A stretch of DNA of 64,000 bases from Candidatus Latescibacterota bacterium (GTDB taxonomy: Bacteria > Latescibacterota > UBA2968 > GCA-2709665): positions 4,672,001 to 4,736,000 of the forward strand of contig OZ241917.1 in assembly GCA_965203805.1 (NCBI GenBank). The letters are read 5' to 3'. Positions 53,105 to 62,689 of the stretch are shown piece after piece. A program made the translations under genes and the position numbers. The notes beneath the pieces are model-generated. The model had not been told where the DNA came from, did not search any database, and saw nothing but the letters and a program-made list of their open reading frames with translations. The number at the start of each line of letters is the position of its first letter. Position 1 is the first letter of the stretch.

Positions 53105-54850
53105 ATGAACACCAGAATATGCGCGATGAAGCTGAATCCATGGGTCGTCGCGGTCGCATTGGCGACGGGCAACGGGACTGTCGACCCCTCGCCGGTGAGG
53201 GCAGGGAATGTCGTCGAAAGAGCAACCGCGAACTGCTGGCGGTCCGTGAGTTCAAACTGCGTCTCCCTGTTGACGCTTCAGGCAGCAGGGTCCTTCCGCG
53301 CGAGGACCGATTGGGAACTGGAAATACGCGCCGCAGCGTTTGCCGCCGCTGCGGCCGCCCAGGCCAGGGAGGGCGATGCGGAGGATGCAAGCGTCAATTT
53401 CGATCGGGCGGTTGCCGTCGCAAGGACGATAGAAAGCGGATATGCCCGCGCGCGCGCGTTACGAAACGTCGCATCCGTTCAGGCCGGCACAGGCGCCTTC
53501 GACTCGGCACGGGCAACCGCTATGTCGATCAGAGATGCAAAAGGCAGAATCGATGCGCTGGTCGACGTTGCGTCGGCATCGGCGAAGAAGGGAGACCTTG
53601 GGGCCGCCCTGGAGAGTTTCCGCATCGCCGTCGCGGCTGCGCGTTCGAATAGAACAGGTGATCTTCGCACGCGAAGTCTGAACAACGTTGCCCTTGCCCA
53701 GGCGGCTGTCGGATACACGGCTTCCGCCCGCGCGACGGCCGGCTTGATCGGAGATATTCAGGGTAGGATCGATGCGTTGGCCGGCGTGGCGACGACATTG
53801 GCGCGGCAGGGAAGGGATGACGACGCCAGGGCGTTCTTCGATCTGGCCGTTGAGGCTGCGGGTGACGTCATCGACGGATATCGCCGGGCAATCGCGCTGG
53901 GCAAGGTCGCCTGGGCACAGGCGGAAGCGGGGGACGAAACCGCCGCACGCAAGACGCTGGACAGAGCCCTCCAGGCGGGCGGGCGAGGGATGGACATTTA
54001 CAGCGCCGGCGTGACGATTGCTTCGCTCGCCGACGTCGACCCCTACGCGTTCATCCGGATTGCAGGCGCTCAGGTGAAGGTAGCGGACCTCGATGGCGCT
54101 CGCCAGACCCTGCGCCGTGCTTTTCAGTCGGTCAGCGAGGATTCGCCGCCGCCTCAGGTGAAATGGCTCTTCAATATCGCATCGGCACAGTTGGCGGCTG
54201 GAGATGCCGACGGCGCCCGGCAGACCATTGACGCCGCCGCCCGGCGCCTCAGGTCCGACAGCGATGGTAACCTCGCGCAGAACCTTGTCTACCACATCGC
54301 GGCGGACCAGCTGGAGACGCTGCTCGAAATTGCCGCATCGATAAATCCCGGGGACATTGAGGCAAAGAGAAATCTGGTTTATCACGTGGCCATGCGCCAG
54401 GCACAGACGGGCGAGATACCCCGCAGCCTGCAAAACGCGAAAATGATCGACCACGTTTCGAGGCGGGATGCCGTCTTCAGGGAGATTGTAAGCGCGCAGG
54501 CACGTGCCGGGCGATTCACGGCGGCCGTGTCGACGGCACGGTCAATCGGGGATTCGAACAAGAGGGTCCGGGCGCTGTCGGAGATCGCGCACGCGCAGGC
54601 GCAATCCGGCGACGCCGGCGGCGCCGGAAAAACCCTTCGCCGGGCGACAGCGGAACTGGGCGGGTCGGGTGGCTCCGGGATCACCGCGTGGACCTGCACC
54701 GATCTTGCCAGGGCGCAGGTCGAGGCAGGTCGGCCCGGCGAAGCGAGGCAGACCCTGCGGGACGCCCTCGGGGTGCTCAGGTCTGCCTCCCCGCTCGCAC
54801 GCGCTACCTGGCTACCGGAAATTCTGGATGTGATCCGGAGGACAGAATAG
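53105..54850 (+). CDS. Secreted TPR-like alpha-solenoid repeat protein
   Basis: Repeats of R..AL..VA.AQA.AG....A...; signal-like N-terminus; ORF-track start 52553 lies inside the upstream gene. Confidence 0.8.
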   Translation: MNTRICAMKLNPWVVAVALATGNGTVDPSPVRAGNVVERATANCWRSVSSNCVSLLTLQAAGSFRARTDWELEIRAAAFAAAAAAQAREGDAEDASVNFDRAVAVARTIESGYARARALRNVASVQAGTGAFDSARATAMSIRDAKGRIDALVDVASASAKKGDLGAALESFRIAVAAARSNRTGDLRTRSLNNVALAQAAVGYTASARATAGLIGDIQGRIDALAGVATTLARQGRDDDARAFFDLAVEAAGDVIDGYRRAIALGKVAWAQAEAGDETAARKTLDRALQAGGRGMDIYSAGVTIASLADVDPYAFIRIAGAQVKVADLDGARQTLRRAFQSVSEDSPPPQVKWLFNIASAQLAAGDADGARQTIDAAARRLRSDSDGNLAQNLVYHIAADQLETLLEIAASINPGDIEAKRNLVYHVAMRQAQTGEIPRSLQNAKMIDHVSRRDAVFREIVSAQARAGRFTAAVSTARSIGDSNKRVRALSEIAHAQAQSGDAGGAGKTLRRATAELGGSGGSGITAWTCTDLARAQVEAGRPGEARQTLRDALGVLRSASPLARATWLPEILDVIRRTE

Positions 54851-54873
54851 ACGTTTGCGGTACGGCCGTAGCG

Positions 54874-54908
54874 AAAAAAGCGGACGCCGAGAGATCGGCG
54901 TCCGCTTT
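54874..54908. terminator. Bidirectional intrinsic terminator between convergent genes
   Basis: AAAAAAGCGGACGCCGA-GAGA-TCGGCGTCCGCTTT. Confidence 0.88.
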
Positions 54909-54931
54909 CACGTACGAATGCTTCGTTTAGT

Positions 54932-55132
54932 CTATCGTTTGGTCACATTCGCTGCCTGGAGCCCCTTCGGACCCTCGACAATGTCGAATTCGACTTCGTC
55001 GCCCTCGGCCAAAGACTTGAAACCCTCAGCCTGGATTGCCGAAAAATGCACGAATACGTCTTCCCCGCCGTCCTGCTCGATGAAACCAAAGCCCTTGGCG
55101 TCGTTGAACCACTTCACTCGACCGTCAGCCAC
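54932..55132 (-). CDS. Cold-shock protein (CspA family)
   Basis: [34 protein letters not shown]. Confidence 0.97.
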   Translation of the reverse strand: MADGRVKWFNDAKGFGFIEQDGGEDVFVHFSAIQAEGFKSLAEGDEVEFDIVEGPKGLQAANVTKR

Positions 55133-55179
55133 TGCTAATTCACCACCTTTCTACCTTGAACTGAATGTGCAGGCAAATC

Positions 55180-55214
55180 AAAAAAGGCAAGGACCGGGAA
55201 TTCTGATCCTTGCC
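55180..55214 (-). terminator. Terminator-like hairpin within the csp 5' leader
   Basis: GGCAAGGATC-9nt-GGTCCTTGCC-TTTTTT, downstream of TTGACA(55308)-17-TACCTT. Confidence 0.65.
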
Positions 55215-55409
55215 GCATCGCTTTTTTCGACTGCACAGGAGACAGAAACAACGTCCTTCAATATACAACATTGCGTTCAAAGGTAAATCGTTCCATCACG
55301 AATGTCAACTCTTTTCTGCGACATGCACGGTTTTTTTTCTGCTACCGAATCACCCGCTTGCGGGTTGGACCGGTATTGAACGGAACGCCGCTGTGGGCCG
55401 GGGTGCGCC

Positions 55410-55736
55410 TCAGTGCGTGGAATTCGAGAGATGCAGACCGGTCACGCCCCCGATAATGAGTGCGATGGAGAGCAGCTTGACCGTGGTGACCGGTTCCTTG
55501 AAATACCAGAAGCCGACGAGGGAGATGATGGCCGTACCCAGGCCGGCCCAGACGGCGTACGCGACGCTCACGGGAATCTGTTTAAGCGCCATGGTCAGGC
55601 CCGCCAGTGAGGCCAGGTAAAAGGCGGCGACGCCGATCGAGGGCAGCAAACGGGCGAATCCGTCGGAGAGTTTCATGCATGTCGTACCGGCGACTTCGAG
55701 AATGATGGCGAGAAACAGATATAACCAGCTGGCCAT
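55410..55736 (-). CDS. SMR family multidrug efflux transporter (EmrE/QacE-like)
   Basis: AIILEVAGTTCMK, AYAVWAGLG, four TM helices. Confidence 0.93.
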   Translation of the reverse strand: MASWLYLFLAIILEVAGTTCMKLSDGFARLLPSIGVAAFYLASLAGLTMALKQIPVSVAYAVWAGLGTAIISLVGFWYFKEPVTTVKLLSIALIIGGVTGLHLSNSTH

Positions 55737-55882
55737 TGACAGATCTCCTTCGGGACGGAACACCCGGTGTTGAGGGTTGATGGTTGCGGTTGACTTTCGT
55801 CGGATCCGTTGCCATTTTAGCCACGTTCCACGGATGAGGCAAACGCAATTCAGCGGGTTTTTTCAATGGAAAGGACAATTGA

Positions 55883-56749
55883 ATGTCGCTGCCGATCATT
55901 ATGCACGTGAATTACTGTGAACAGGGGCAGACGATCCCGGAGATGTGCCGGAAGGCGGTCGGCTGGGGATACGACGGCATCGAGTTCCGCCGGTATCGCC
56001 GGGGTGTGGAGGAGACGACCGAGAAGTACCTGGATACGATCGCCGCGTCCGCGGACGCCTCGGGGCTGAAGCACGTACTCTTCGGGGGCCCCGGGGTGGA
56101 GCTGATGCGGGAAGATGCCGGCGGCAGAATGGCGCAGGTGGCGGAAGGGGTCCGGTTCTACCGCCTTGCGAGCGAGAGGCTGAAGCTGACGGTCTGCAAT
56201 ATTATGGCTGGAACGCTGCGCAGTTCGGATCCGAATGCGGGGTCGGCGCATCATTTGCATGGGTCGGGCGCCGCGGCGGCCCATCATTACGAGTGGGCGG
56301 CCGAGGGATTCAGGGAACTCGGCGCGGTCGCCGAGGAGATCGGATTCAGGCTGGCGTTCGAGATCCACATGGGCTATGTGCACGATCTGCCGGCGCCCAC
56401 AATGAAGCTTCTGGACATGATCGGTTCACCGGCCGTGGGGGCGAACCTGGACTACGGGAACATGGTGTATTTCCCGTCGTGTCCGTCTGTCGGGGAGACC
56501 GTTTCCACGCTGGGTGAGAAGCTGTTCATGGTTCATCTGAAGAACTCGATGCCCGCGGGCAACGGACGGAACGCCGTGGGGCTGGGTGACGGGACCATCA
56601 ACCACCGGGAGTACCTGCTGGCCTTGAAACACGCCGGATTCGGCGGTCCCATCTGCATCGAAGCACCCAGACCGGGCGATCGGGAGTGGTACGCCCGGGA
56701 GGATATCGCCTATCTCAAAGCGGTAATGAGAGATCTGGCGTGGGCGTAA
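55883..56749 (+). CDS. Sugar phosphate isomerase/epimerase (TIM barrel)
   Basis: GYDGIE, FEIH, NLDYGN, VHLKN, IE. Confidence 0.88.
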   Translation: MSLPIIMHVNYCEQGQTIPEMCRKAVGWGYDGIEFRRYRRGVEETTEKYLDTIAASADASGLKHVLFGGPGVELMREDAGGRMAQVAEGVRFYRLASERLKLTVCNIMAGTLRSSDPNAGSAHHLHGSGAAAAHHYEWAAEGFRELGAVAEEIGFRLAFEIHMGYVHDLPAPTMKLLDMIGSPAVGANLDYGNMVYFPSCPSVGETVSTLGEKLFMVHLKNSMPAGNGRNAVGLGDGTINHREYLLALKHAGFGGPICIEAPRPGDREWYAREDIAYLKAVMRDLAWA

Positions 56750-56811
56750 GCGGCGGCGTCCGGTTCAGGGATCGAGTCGATCTGGGTCTCGTACTTCGAC
56801 AGCCTGTCCCG

Positions 56812-57756
56812 TCAGCTCAGGACCAGTCGGGATGCGCCCAGGACGCCGGCGTCATTGCCAAGTTCGGCCGGCAGAATGCGAGTGTGATCGAACATCCCCT
56901 CCAGCGTATATTCTCTTGCCGCGGCGTCGATAGGGTCCAGAAGAACGCGGCCGGCCGCGGAGATTCCCCCGCCGATTGCGATTACATCGGGGCTGATCAC
57001 GTTGATGATATTGGCAATGGCGATGCCGAGATAGCGGGCAACGCGGGCGACGGCCTCACAGGCGAGGCGGTCGCCGTTTTTCGCGGCCAGGCAGATGGTT
57101 TCCGGCGTAAGGGGTTCCGTGTCGGAAACCGAAGTGGACGGGGCTTCCCGCAGGCGGCGGCGAACGTACCGGACCATCGCGGGGCCGGCGGTAAATGCCT
57201 CCAGGCATCCCTTCTTTCCGCATCCGCAGACGGGACCGTCGGGGTCCATGCACATATGGCCGATTTCGCCCGCCGCGAAGGAGGCGCCGTGGTGAATGCC
57301 GCCGGCCAGGACCAGTCCGCCGCCAATGCCCGTCCCCAGAGTGATGAGAAAGAGGGACTCGCATCCGCGGCCGGCCCCCAGGCGGGCTTCTCCTATGGCC
57401 GCGACACTGGCGTCGTTATCGATTTCAACGCGCAGCCTGATCCGTTCCTCGAGAATCCGTTTGAAAGGGACGTGGCGCCAGTGGAGGTTGGGCGCAATGA
57501 TAACGTCTCCGGCCGCCGTGGTGACGCCGGGCACGCCGATTCCGACGCCCGCAACATCGTCATTCGACAGGCCGTTCCGGTTCCGGAGGGTTTCGATGAG
57601 TTCCGCGATCCGGTCCGCCACGCCGTGTTCGCCGCTCTCCACCTCCGTTGGACGACGGGCTTTGGCCTCGATGCGTCCGTCTGCCCCGACGAGCGCGCCC
57701 TTGATACTGCCGCCTCCCAGGTCGATACCGATGGCGAATTGCGGGTGACCGGCCAA
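56812..57756 (-). CDS. ROK family sugar kinase (glucokinase-like)
   Basis: GIDLGG, DNDA, LGTGIGGG, EIGH, CGCGKKGCLE, LGNDAG. Confidence 0.93.
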   Translation of the reverse strand: MAGHPQFAIGIDLGGGSIKGALVGADGRIEAKARRPTEVESGEHGVADRIAELIETLRNRNGLSNDDVAGVGIGVPGVTTAAGDVIIAPNLHWRHVPFKRILEERIRLRVEIDNDASVAAIGEARLGAGRGCESLFLITLGTGIGGGLVLAGGIHHGASFAAGEIGHMCMDPDGPVCGCGKKGCLEAFTAGPAMVRYVRRRLREAPSTSVSDTEPLTPETICLAAKNGDRLACEAVARVARYLGIAIANIINVISPDVIAIGGGISAAGRVLLDPIDAAAREYTLEGMFDHTRILPAELGNDAGVLGASRLVLS

Positions 57757-57865
57757 TGAGGATCCTTCCCGTTGACGTCCTTCGAAGATCGTCTCTCATC
57801 CCGCTGAAGCCGAAAGAGCAACCGACGGCGCCCGTAGACGCGCACCGCCGGATCGGAAACGCGAA

Positions 57866-58186
57866 TCAGGCGTTCTCCGCAATCCAGTTCATGTAGGGCG
57901 TGTACCCCTGCTGGATGGGAAGCGCAATAACTTCCGGGACGTCGTAGCTGTGTAATTCGCTCGCCCGGGCGATAAGCGCATCGAGGCTGGCCTGTGACGT
58001 CTTGAGGATCATCAGGAACTCGGCATCGTCCTCAATGGCGTCCTGCCAGCGGTAGATGGACCGGATCTGCCCGGTGACGTTGGCGCACGCGGCCAGGCGT
58101 TCTTCAACCAGCGTGCGGCCGATTCGGGCGGCTTCCGCTTCGCTCGGAACGGTGACGAATACGACGTAATTCCGGTCCTCCGGCAT
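57866..58186 (-). CDS. cutA: Divalent-cation tolerance protein CutA
   Basis: LVEERLAAC, SIYRW, HSYDVPE. Confidence 0.96.
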   Translation of the reverse strand: MPEDRNYVVFVTVPSEAEAARIGRTLVEERLAACANVTGQIRSIYRWQDAIEDDAEFLMILKTSQASLDALIARASELHSYDVPEVIALPIQQGYTPYMNWIAENA

Positions 58187-58344
58187 GGACGACCCTCCCG
58201 AATACGGTGAATGATCAGTTGGAGCCGTGTGGCATTGGGGGCAGGTCTCAGGCTGCAGGGACGGCCCTCAAAGCTCGCACCGCTGAAGATATGCAGAAGG
58301 GCGGAAATGTCAAGGTCAGCGTTCTGTCCCGGAAAGGCAGTGGC

Positions 58345-58481
58345 AAAGGCGGGGAGACGGGAGAGGGTAGACGTGAGAGATTGCCTGCCGTGTGCGGTTT
58401 CATTTCTTGCCAGAGGCATACAGGATGACTCAATCGGGCAAGACGTCTTCTACCGTCTCACGGCTTACGTCTCACCGCTTT
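58345..58481 (+). repeat. AGACG-armed hairpin (MITE-like) element, second copy
   Basis: Core GGTTTCATTTCTTGCC(G/A)GAGGCATA(A/C)AGGA(A/T)GACTCAATCGGGCAAG shared with about 26084-26130; inverted AGACG/CGTCT heptamer arms. Confidence 0.85.
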
Positions 58482-58551
58482 CGAGTAATTCATCTACCGG
58501 CTTAACTGGGCGAGGGGAATTCAATGGGAGGGGAATATTCCAAAGCGAAAT

Positions 58552-59652
58552 ATGAACTCGAACCGAATTGACTTGCTGGACGGTATCGACCCGAAACGCC
58601 TCGAACGGGCAGGGGAGGTGCTGGAGCGCCACGTTCGGGAGCGGAGCACGCCCGGCGCGGTGGGCTTGCTGGTGCGGGGCGGGGGCGGTGTCGCATGCTG
58701 GACGGCGGGACGGCACACGTACGATCCGGATGCGCCGGAGGTCAGGGAGGATGATCTCTACGACCTCGCGTCTTTGACGAAGGTGGTTGTGACAACGTCG
58801 ATCTGCATGGCGTTCGAACCGGACCTGAACCTGGATGGCCGGGTGGAAGAATACGTGCCGGCGTTCCGCGGAAAAGGTCGGGAAGGGGTGACGATCAGAC
58901 ACCTTCTGGCGCACTGCGCGGGTCTGCCGGCCCACCAGCGTTTCTTCGAAACCTGCCGGGACAGGAAGGCGGTATTCGCCGCGGCCTGCGGTACGCCGCT
59001 GGCGTATCCGCCGGGGACGAAGACGATATACAGCGACGTGAGTTTTCTGGTGCTGGGGGCGGCCCTGGAGCGCGTGGGTGGCGCCCCGATCCAGGAACTG
59101 GCTCAGCGCCACGTGTTCGGGCCGATGGGGATGGCGGGGACGATGTATCTGCCCGGGCGTGAACTGCTTGGCCGGATTCCACCGACGGAGTTTCAGGCGG
59201 AGTACCGGAGAGGTTTGATTCACGGGCAGGTGCACGATGGAAATGCATGGGCGATGGGCGGCGTGGCGCCGCACGCGGGACTCTTCGGTACGGCGGACGA
59301 CCTGGGGCGTTTCTTGCGGATGATTCTGAACGGTGGGATTTACGAGGGGAAGCAGATCTTGTCCGAAGCCGGAATCCGCCGATTCACGTCGAGGGCGGGA
59401 CTGGCGCCCGGCAGTACCCGCGCGCTGGGGTGGGACACTGTATCGAAGGCAGGAAGTTCCGCGGGCCGGCGCTTTTCGATCCGGTCGTTCGGACATACCG
59501 GATTCACCGGCACGTCGGTCTGGGTGGACCCGGTGCGGGACGTCGGCGTCGTGCTCCTGACGAACCGGGTTCATCCCACCCGGGAGAATGAGGGGATACG
59601 GAGGTTGCGGCCGGAATTTCACGATGCGGTGATGCAAGCGGTCATCGATTGA
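58552..59652 (+). CDS. Serine hydrolase, beta-lactamase class C-like
   Basis: DLASLTK (SxxK), YSD, VHDGNA, GHTGFTGT. Confidence 0.93.
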   Translation: MNSNRIDLLDGIDPKRLERAGEVLERHVRERSTPGAVGLLVRGGGGVACWTAGRHTYDPDAPEVREDDLYDLASLTKVVVTTSICMAFEPDLNLDGRVEEYVPAFRGKGREGVTIRHLLAHCAGLPAHQRFFETCRDRKAVFAAACGTPLAYPPGTKTIYSDVSFLVLGAALERVGGAPIQELAQRHVFGPMGMAGTMYLPGRELLGRIPPTEFQAEYRRGLIHGQVHDGNAWAMGGVAPHAGLFGTADDLGRFLRMILNGGIYEGKQILSEAGIRRFTSRAGLAPGSTRALGWDTVSKAGSSAGRRFSIRSFGHTGFTGTSVWVDPVRDVGVVLLTNRVHPTRENEGIRRLRPEFHDAVMQAVID

Positions 59653-59697
59653 CGGCCGCAAGCATTGGCGAACGAACCGAAGCGTCTCGATTCCCGG

Positions 59698-61251
59698 CTA
59701 GCGCAATACCTTTTTCAGGTACTCCAGGTCCAGTTCCGGGTAAGCCGGATATCTGTCGAGCAGATCGGCCACCGCGTTGCGGGCTTCTTCGAGCGCATCT
59801 CTTCGGGTCCGTGCGCGCGCCTTGCTGGGATTTCCGGCCTGGTTGCCCTTCTTGATCAGGGCGGGCCTCGTGTTCAAGAGTACAAGGCGCAAAACAGCAG
59901 CGATCTGGCGCATTTCCTCCGCGCCCATGCCGAGCGTGGTGAGGGCCGGTGTGCCAATCCGGAGGCCGCTCGTATACCAGGCGCCGTTCGTATCGAAGGG
60001 AAGGGCGTTTCGGTTGAGCGTGACCCCGGCGTTACGGAGCGCGGATTCCGCCTGCCTCCCCGTGAGACCCAGCGACGTCACGTCGATGAGCACCATATGG
60101 TTGTCGGTGCCGCCTGTGAGTACGCACAGCCCTTCTTCGACACAGGCTTCGGCCAGTTCCGTGGCATTCTCCACAATGCGGCGCGCGTAGTTTCTGAATG
60201 CGTCGGCGCCGGCCTCCTGAAGAGCGACGGCCTTGGCTCCGATTGCGTGGGGTAGCGGACCGCCCAGCACCATCGGACACCCCCGGTCCACGTGTTCGGC
60301 ATATTCGTCTTTGCAGAGGACCATGCCGCCCCGCGGACCTCTGAGTGTCTTGTGGGTCGTGGTCGTCACAATGTCGGCGTGGGCAACCGGATCGTAGTCT
60401 CCCGTGAACACTCTGCCCGCCACCAGCCCCGCGAAGTGCGCCATGTCCACCATGAAGACCGCGCCGACTTCATCCGCGATTTCTCTGAAGATGCGAAAGT
60501 TGATCCTGCGGGTGTACGCGCTGTACCCGGCCAGCAGAATCAGGGGTCTGAACGCTTTCGTCCGGCTTCGGACCCGGTCGTAATCGATGCGTTTTGTCTC
60601 CGGGTCCACACCGTAGGATTCGACGTGGAACATCCTGGCGGAGACGTTTTGCCGGTATCCGTGGGTGAGGTGGCCGCCGGAGTAGTAGTCGAGGCCCAGT
60701 AATTTCTGGTTGCCCAGCGCGGTCCTGAGTTCCCGCCAGTCGTCTTCGGATAGTGCCGAGGGATCGGTCTGTCCCGTTCGCTCCATGAACGGCGCCTGAA
60801 CGCGGGCGGAGAGGATTGCCCAGAACGCCACGAGGTTTGCGTCGGCGCCGGAGTGCGGCTGCACGTACGCGTGGTCCGCCCCGAAGAGGTCGCGTGCGAG
60901 GGTGGCGGCATGTGCTTCAATGGTGTCGACGTTGTCGCAGCCTGCGTAGAATCGGCGTTCCGGAACGCCTTCTGCATATTTGTCGGTGAAGAGATTGCCT
61001 TGAGAAAGCTGTACGGCCAGCGAACAGTAGTTCTCGCTGGCGATCATCTTCAGGTTGTCCCTCTGGTCCTGCAGTTCGGCCACGATGGATGAGGCGACCT
61101 GGGGCGAGATCGCGTGAATCTGTTCGAGTGACGCGAGGTAGGCGACAAAACCGGGATCTGCGGCATTGCCGAGGGCGGCGGATTCCGAGAGATACCTGGC
61201 AAGCGGCGATGTCGGGCGCGTCACAGCGGCAGGTGGTGTTGCCTGGGCCAT
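59698..61251 (-). CDS. glyA: Serine hydroxymethyltransferase (long form)
   Basis: [47 protein letters not shown]; AGGAG SD. Confidence 0.97.
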   Translation of the reverse strand: MAQATPPAAVTRPTSPLARYLSESAALGNAADPGFVAYLASLEQIHAISPQVASSIVAELQDQRDNLKMIASENYCSLAVQLSQGNLFTDKYAEGVPERRFYAGCDNVDTIEAHAATLARDLFGADHAYVQPHSGADANLVAFWAILSARVQAPFMERTGQTDPSALSEDDWRELRTALGNQKLLGLDYYSGGHLTHGYRQNVSARMFHVESYGVDPETKRIDYDRVRSRTKAFRPLILLAGYSAYTRRINFRIFREIADEVGAVFMVDMAHFAGLVAGRVFTGDYDPVAHADIVTTTTHKTLRGPRGGMVLCKDEYAEHVDRGCPMVLGGPLPHAIGAKAVALQEAGADAFRNYARRIVENATELAEACVEEGLCVLTGGTDNHMVLIDVTSLGLTGRQAESALRNAGVTLNRNALPFDTNGAWYTSGLRIGTPALTTLGMGAEEMRQIAAVLRLVLLNTRPALIKKGNQAGNPSKARARTRRDALEEARNAVADLLDRYPAYPELDLEYLKKVLR

Positions 61252-61433
61252 TCTGTTTCTCCTGCACGTATTGGATGGACGGTGCGCGTCCGGCGTCGAC
61301 CGGACACAATAAAACCCGGGCGGGATGACGGTACGTAAAGCCCGGGGATTGACTCGTTTTGGGATTTCTCGATTTCCAGGCGGCGGCTTGAGTGTCTTTT
61401 TGCCCCAATTGGGCATCGTGCCGCGCGGACACC

Positions 61434-61462
61434 AATATATCGGACTTTCGCAACCCGGTCAA
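61434..61462 (-). promoter_or_regulatory. glyA promoter
   Basis: TTGACC-17-TATATT, implying a leader of about 175 nt. Confidence 0.65.
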
Positions 61463-61589
61463 CTTTTTTTGTGAATTCAGAGGAAACGGGCGTCGCCCGA
61501 CCGACAACGCGCCCCGGGCGATTTCCGGAGCCGGAAGCGATCACGAAATCGCATGCGTCACCCGCAGAATCCGTTCCCCAATTTTCCGC

Positions 61590-61618
61590 TTGCCAACGTC
61601 GTGTGGCGGGACTATATT
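61590..61618 (+). promoter_or_regulatory. pyrB promoter
   Basis: TTGCCA-17-TATATT. Confidence 0.7.
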
Positions 61619-61625
61619 TTCTTGG

Positions 61626-61700
61626 ATGGCATTCTCCTCGAAACCAAATCGAATTCTCCGATTTTCCGGCTCTCCGGTTGCCGTATTTCCGCTCCCCTGA
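61626..61700 (+). CDS. Putative leaderless pyr leader peptide (MAFSSKPNRILRFSGSPVAVFPLP)
   Basis: ATG 7 nt after the -10 box, no SD; pyrimidine-rich; TGA lies in the attenuator loop. Confidence 0.55.
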   Translation: MAFSSKPNRILRFSGSPVAVFPLP

Positions 61701-61716
61701 AGGGGAGCTTTTTTTT
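61691..61716 (+). terminator. Attenuator (intrinsic terminator) upstream of pyrB
   Basis: GCTCCCC-TGAA-GGGGAGC followed by eight T. Confidence 0.85.
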
Positions 61717-61759
61717 GTCAAAAGCAGTTTTAAAGCAGCGCCTGAGGGAGGATTACTCG

Positions 61760-62689
61760 ATGGACAGCCTGTTCCACGTGGTCGAGGCGCAGCAGTTCAA
61801 CCGGGAATTGCTGACCGAGATTTTCGCGGTGACGAAGGAGATGGAGGAAGTCGTTAGCGTCTACGGCTCCAGTATACTCAACCGCCGGATCATGGCCACG
61901 CTGTTTTACGAACCCAGTACCCGCACACGGTTGTCTTTCGAGTCGGCCATGGTCCGTCTGGGGGGGAGCGTGGTCACAACGGAGTCGGCGAGGGAGTTTT
62001 CCTCGGCGGCGAAGGGAGAGACCCTTGAAGACACGATCCGCATCGTGGAGGGATACGCGGACGTGATCGTGCTTCGACACTACGAAGGAGGGTCCGCGCG
62101 ACGGGCGGCAGAGGTGGCGTCGGTGCCGGTTTTGAATGCCGGCGACGGCCCCGGGCAGCATCCGACACAGGCGTTGCTCGACGTATATACGATTCAGAAG
62201 GAAATCGGCCGGCTGGACGGGATTTCAGTGGCGATGGTGGGCGACCTCGCCAACGGGCGCACGGTGCGCTCGCTGGCTTATCTGCTCACCCGGTACAAAG
62301 ACGTCAAGCTGTATTTCGTGGCGCCCGAACTGGTGCGTATGAAGGCCGACATCAAGGAATACCTGAGCCGGAACGGGGTGTACTTCGAGGAACGGGAAGA
62401 TCTGATCGAGGTCGTGCGAAAGGTCGACGTGGTCTATCAGACGCGGATCCAGAGGGAACGGTTCGGCGACCGTACGAGGGACTACGAAGCGGCGCGCGGG
62501 CGATATATCATCGATACAAGGGTGATGGAGGCCCTGTCCGCTAACGGCCGCGTGATGCACCCCTTGCCACGCGTTGACGAGATCGACCCCGCGGTGGACA
62601 CGGACCCCCGTGCGGCGTATTTCCGCCAGGCGCACAACGGGCTCTACATCCGGATGGCGCTGCTGAAGATGGTGCTGGCCGCTACTTGA
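61760..62689 (+). CDS. pyrB: Aspartate carbamoyltransferase catalytic chain, plant-like
   Basis: FYEPSTRTRLSF, AREFSSAAKGE, HPTQALLD, QTRIQRER, HPLPR; GAGGGAGG SD before ATG 61760. Confidence 0.97.
   Translation: MDSLFHVVEAQQFNRELLTEIFAVTKEMEEVVSVYGSSILNRRIMATLFYEPSTRTRLSFESAMVRLGGSVVTTESAREFSSAAKGETLEDTIRIVEGYADVIVLRHYEGGSARRAAEVASVPVLNAGDGPGQHPTQALLDVYTIQKEIGRLDGISVAMVGDLANGRTVRSLAYLLTRYKDVKLYFVAPELVRMKADIKEYLSRNGVYFEEREDLIEVVRKVDVVYQTRIQRERFGDRTRDYEAARGRYIIDTRVMEALSANGRVMHPLPRVDEIDPAVDTDPRAAYFRQAHNGLYIRMALLKMVLAAT

Noticed and set aside
55737-55882. Guanidine riboswitch upstream of the SMR gene
   Set aside because: No twin ACGR hairpins or ykkC core; the protein looks Qac/EmrE-type rather than Gdx
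61553-61759. N-terminal extension of pyrB in the ORF track (similarly for glyA, the TPR protein and DUF2089)
   Set aside because: Extensions run through promoters, terminators or upstream genes; SD-supported starts lie downstream
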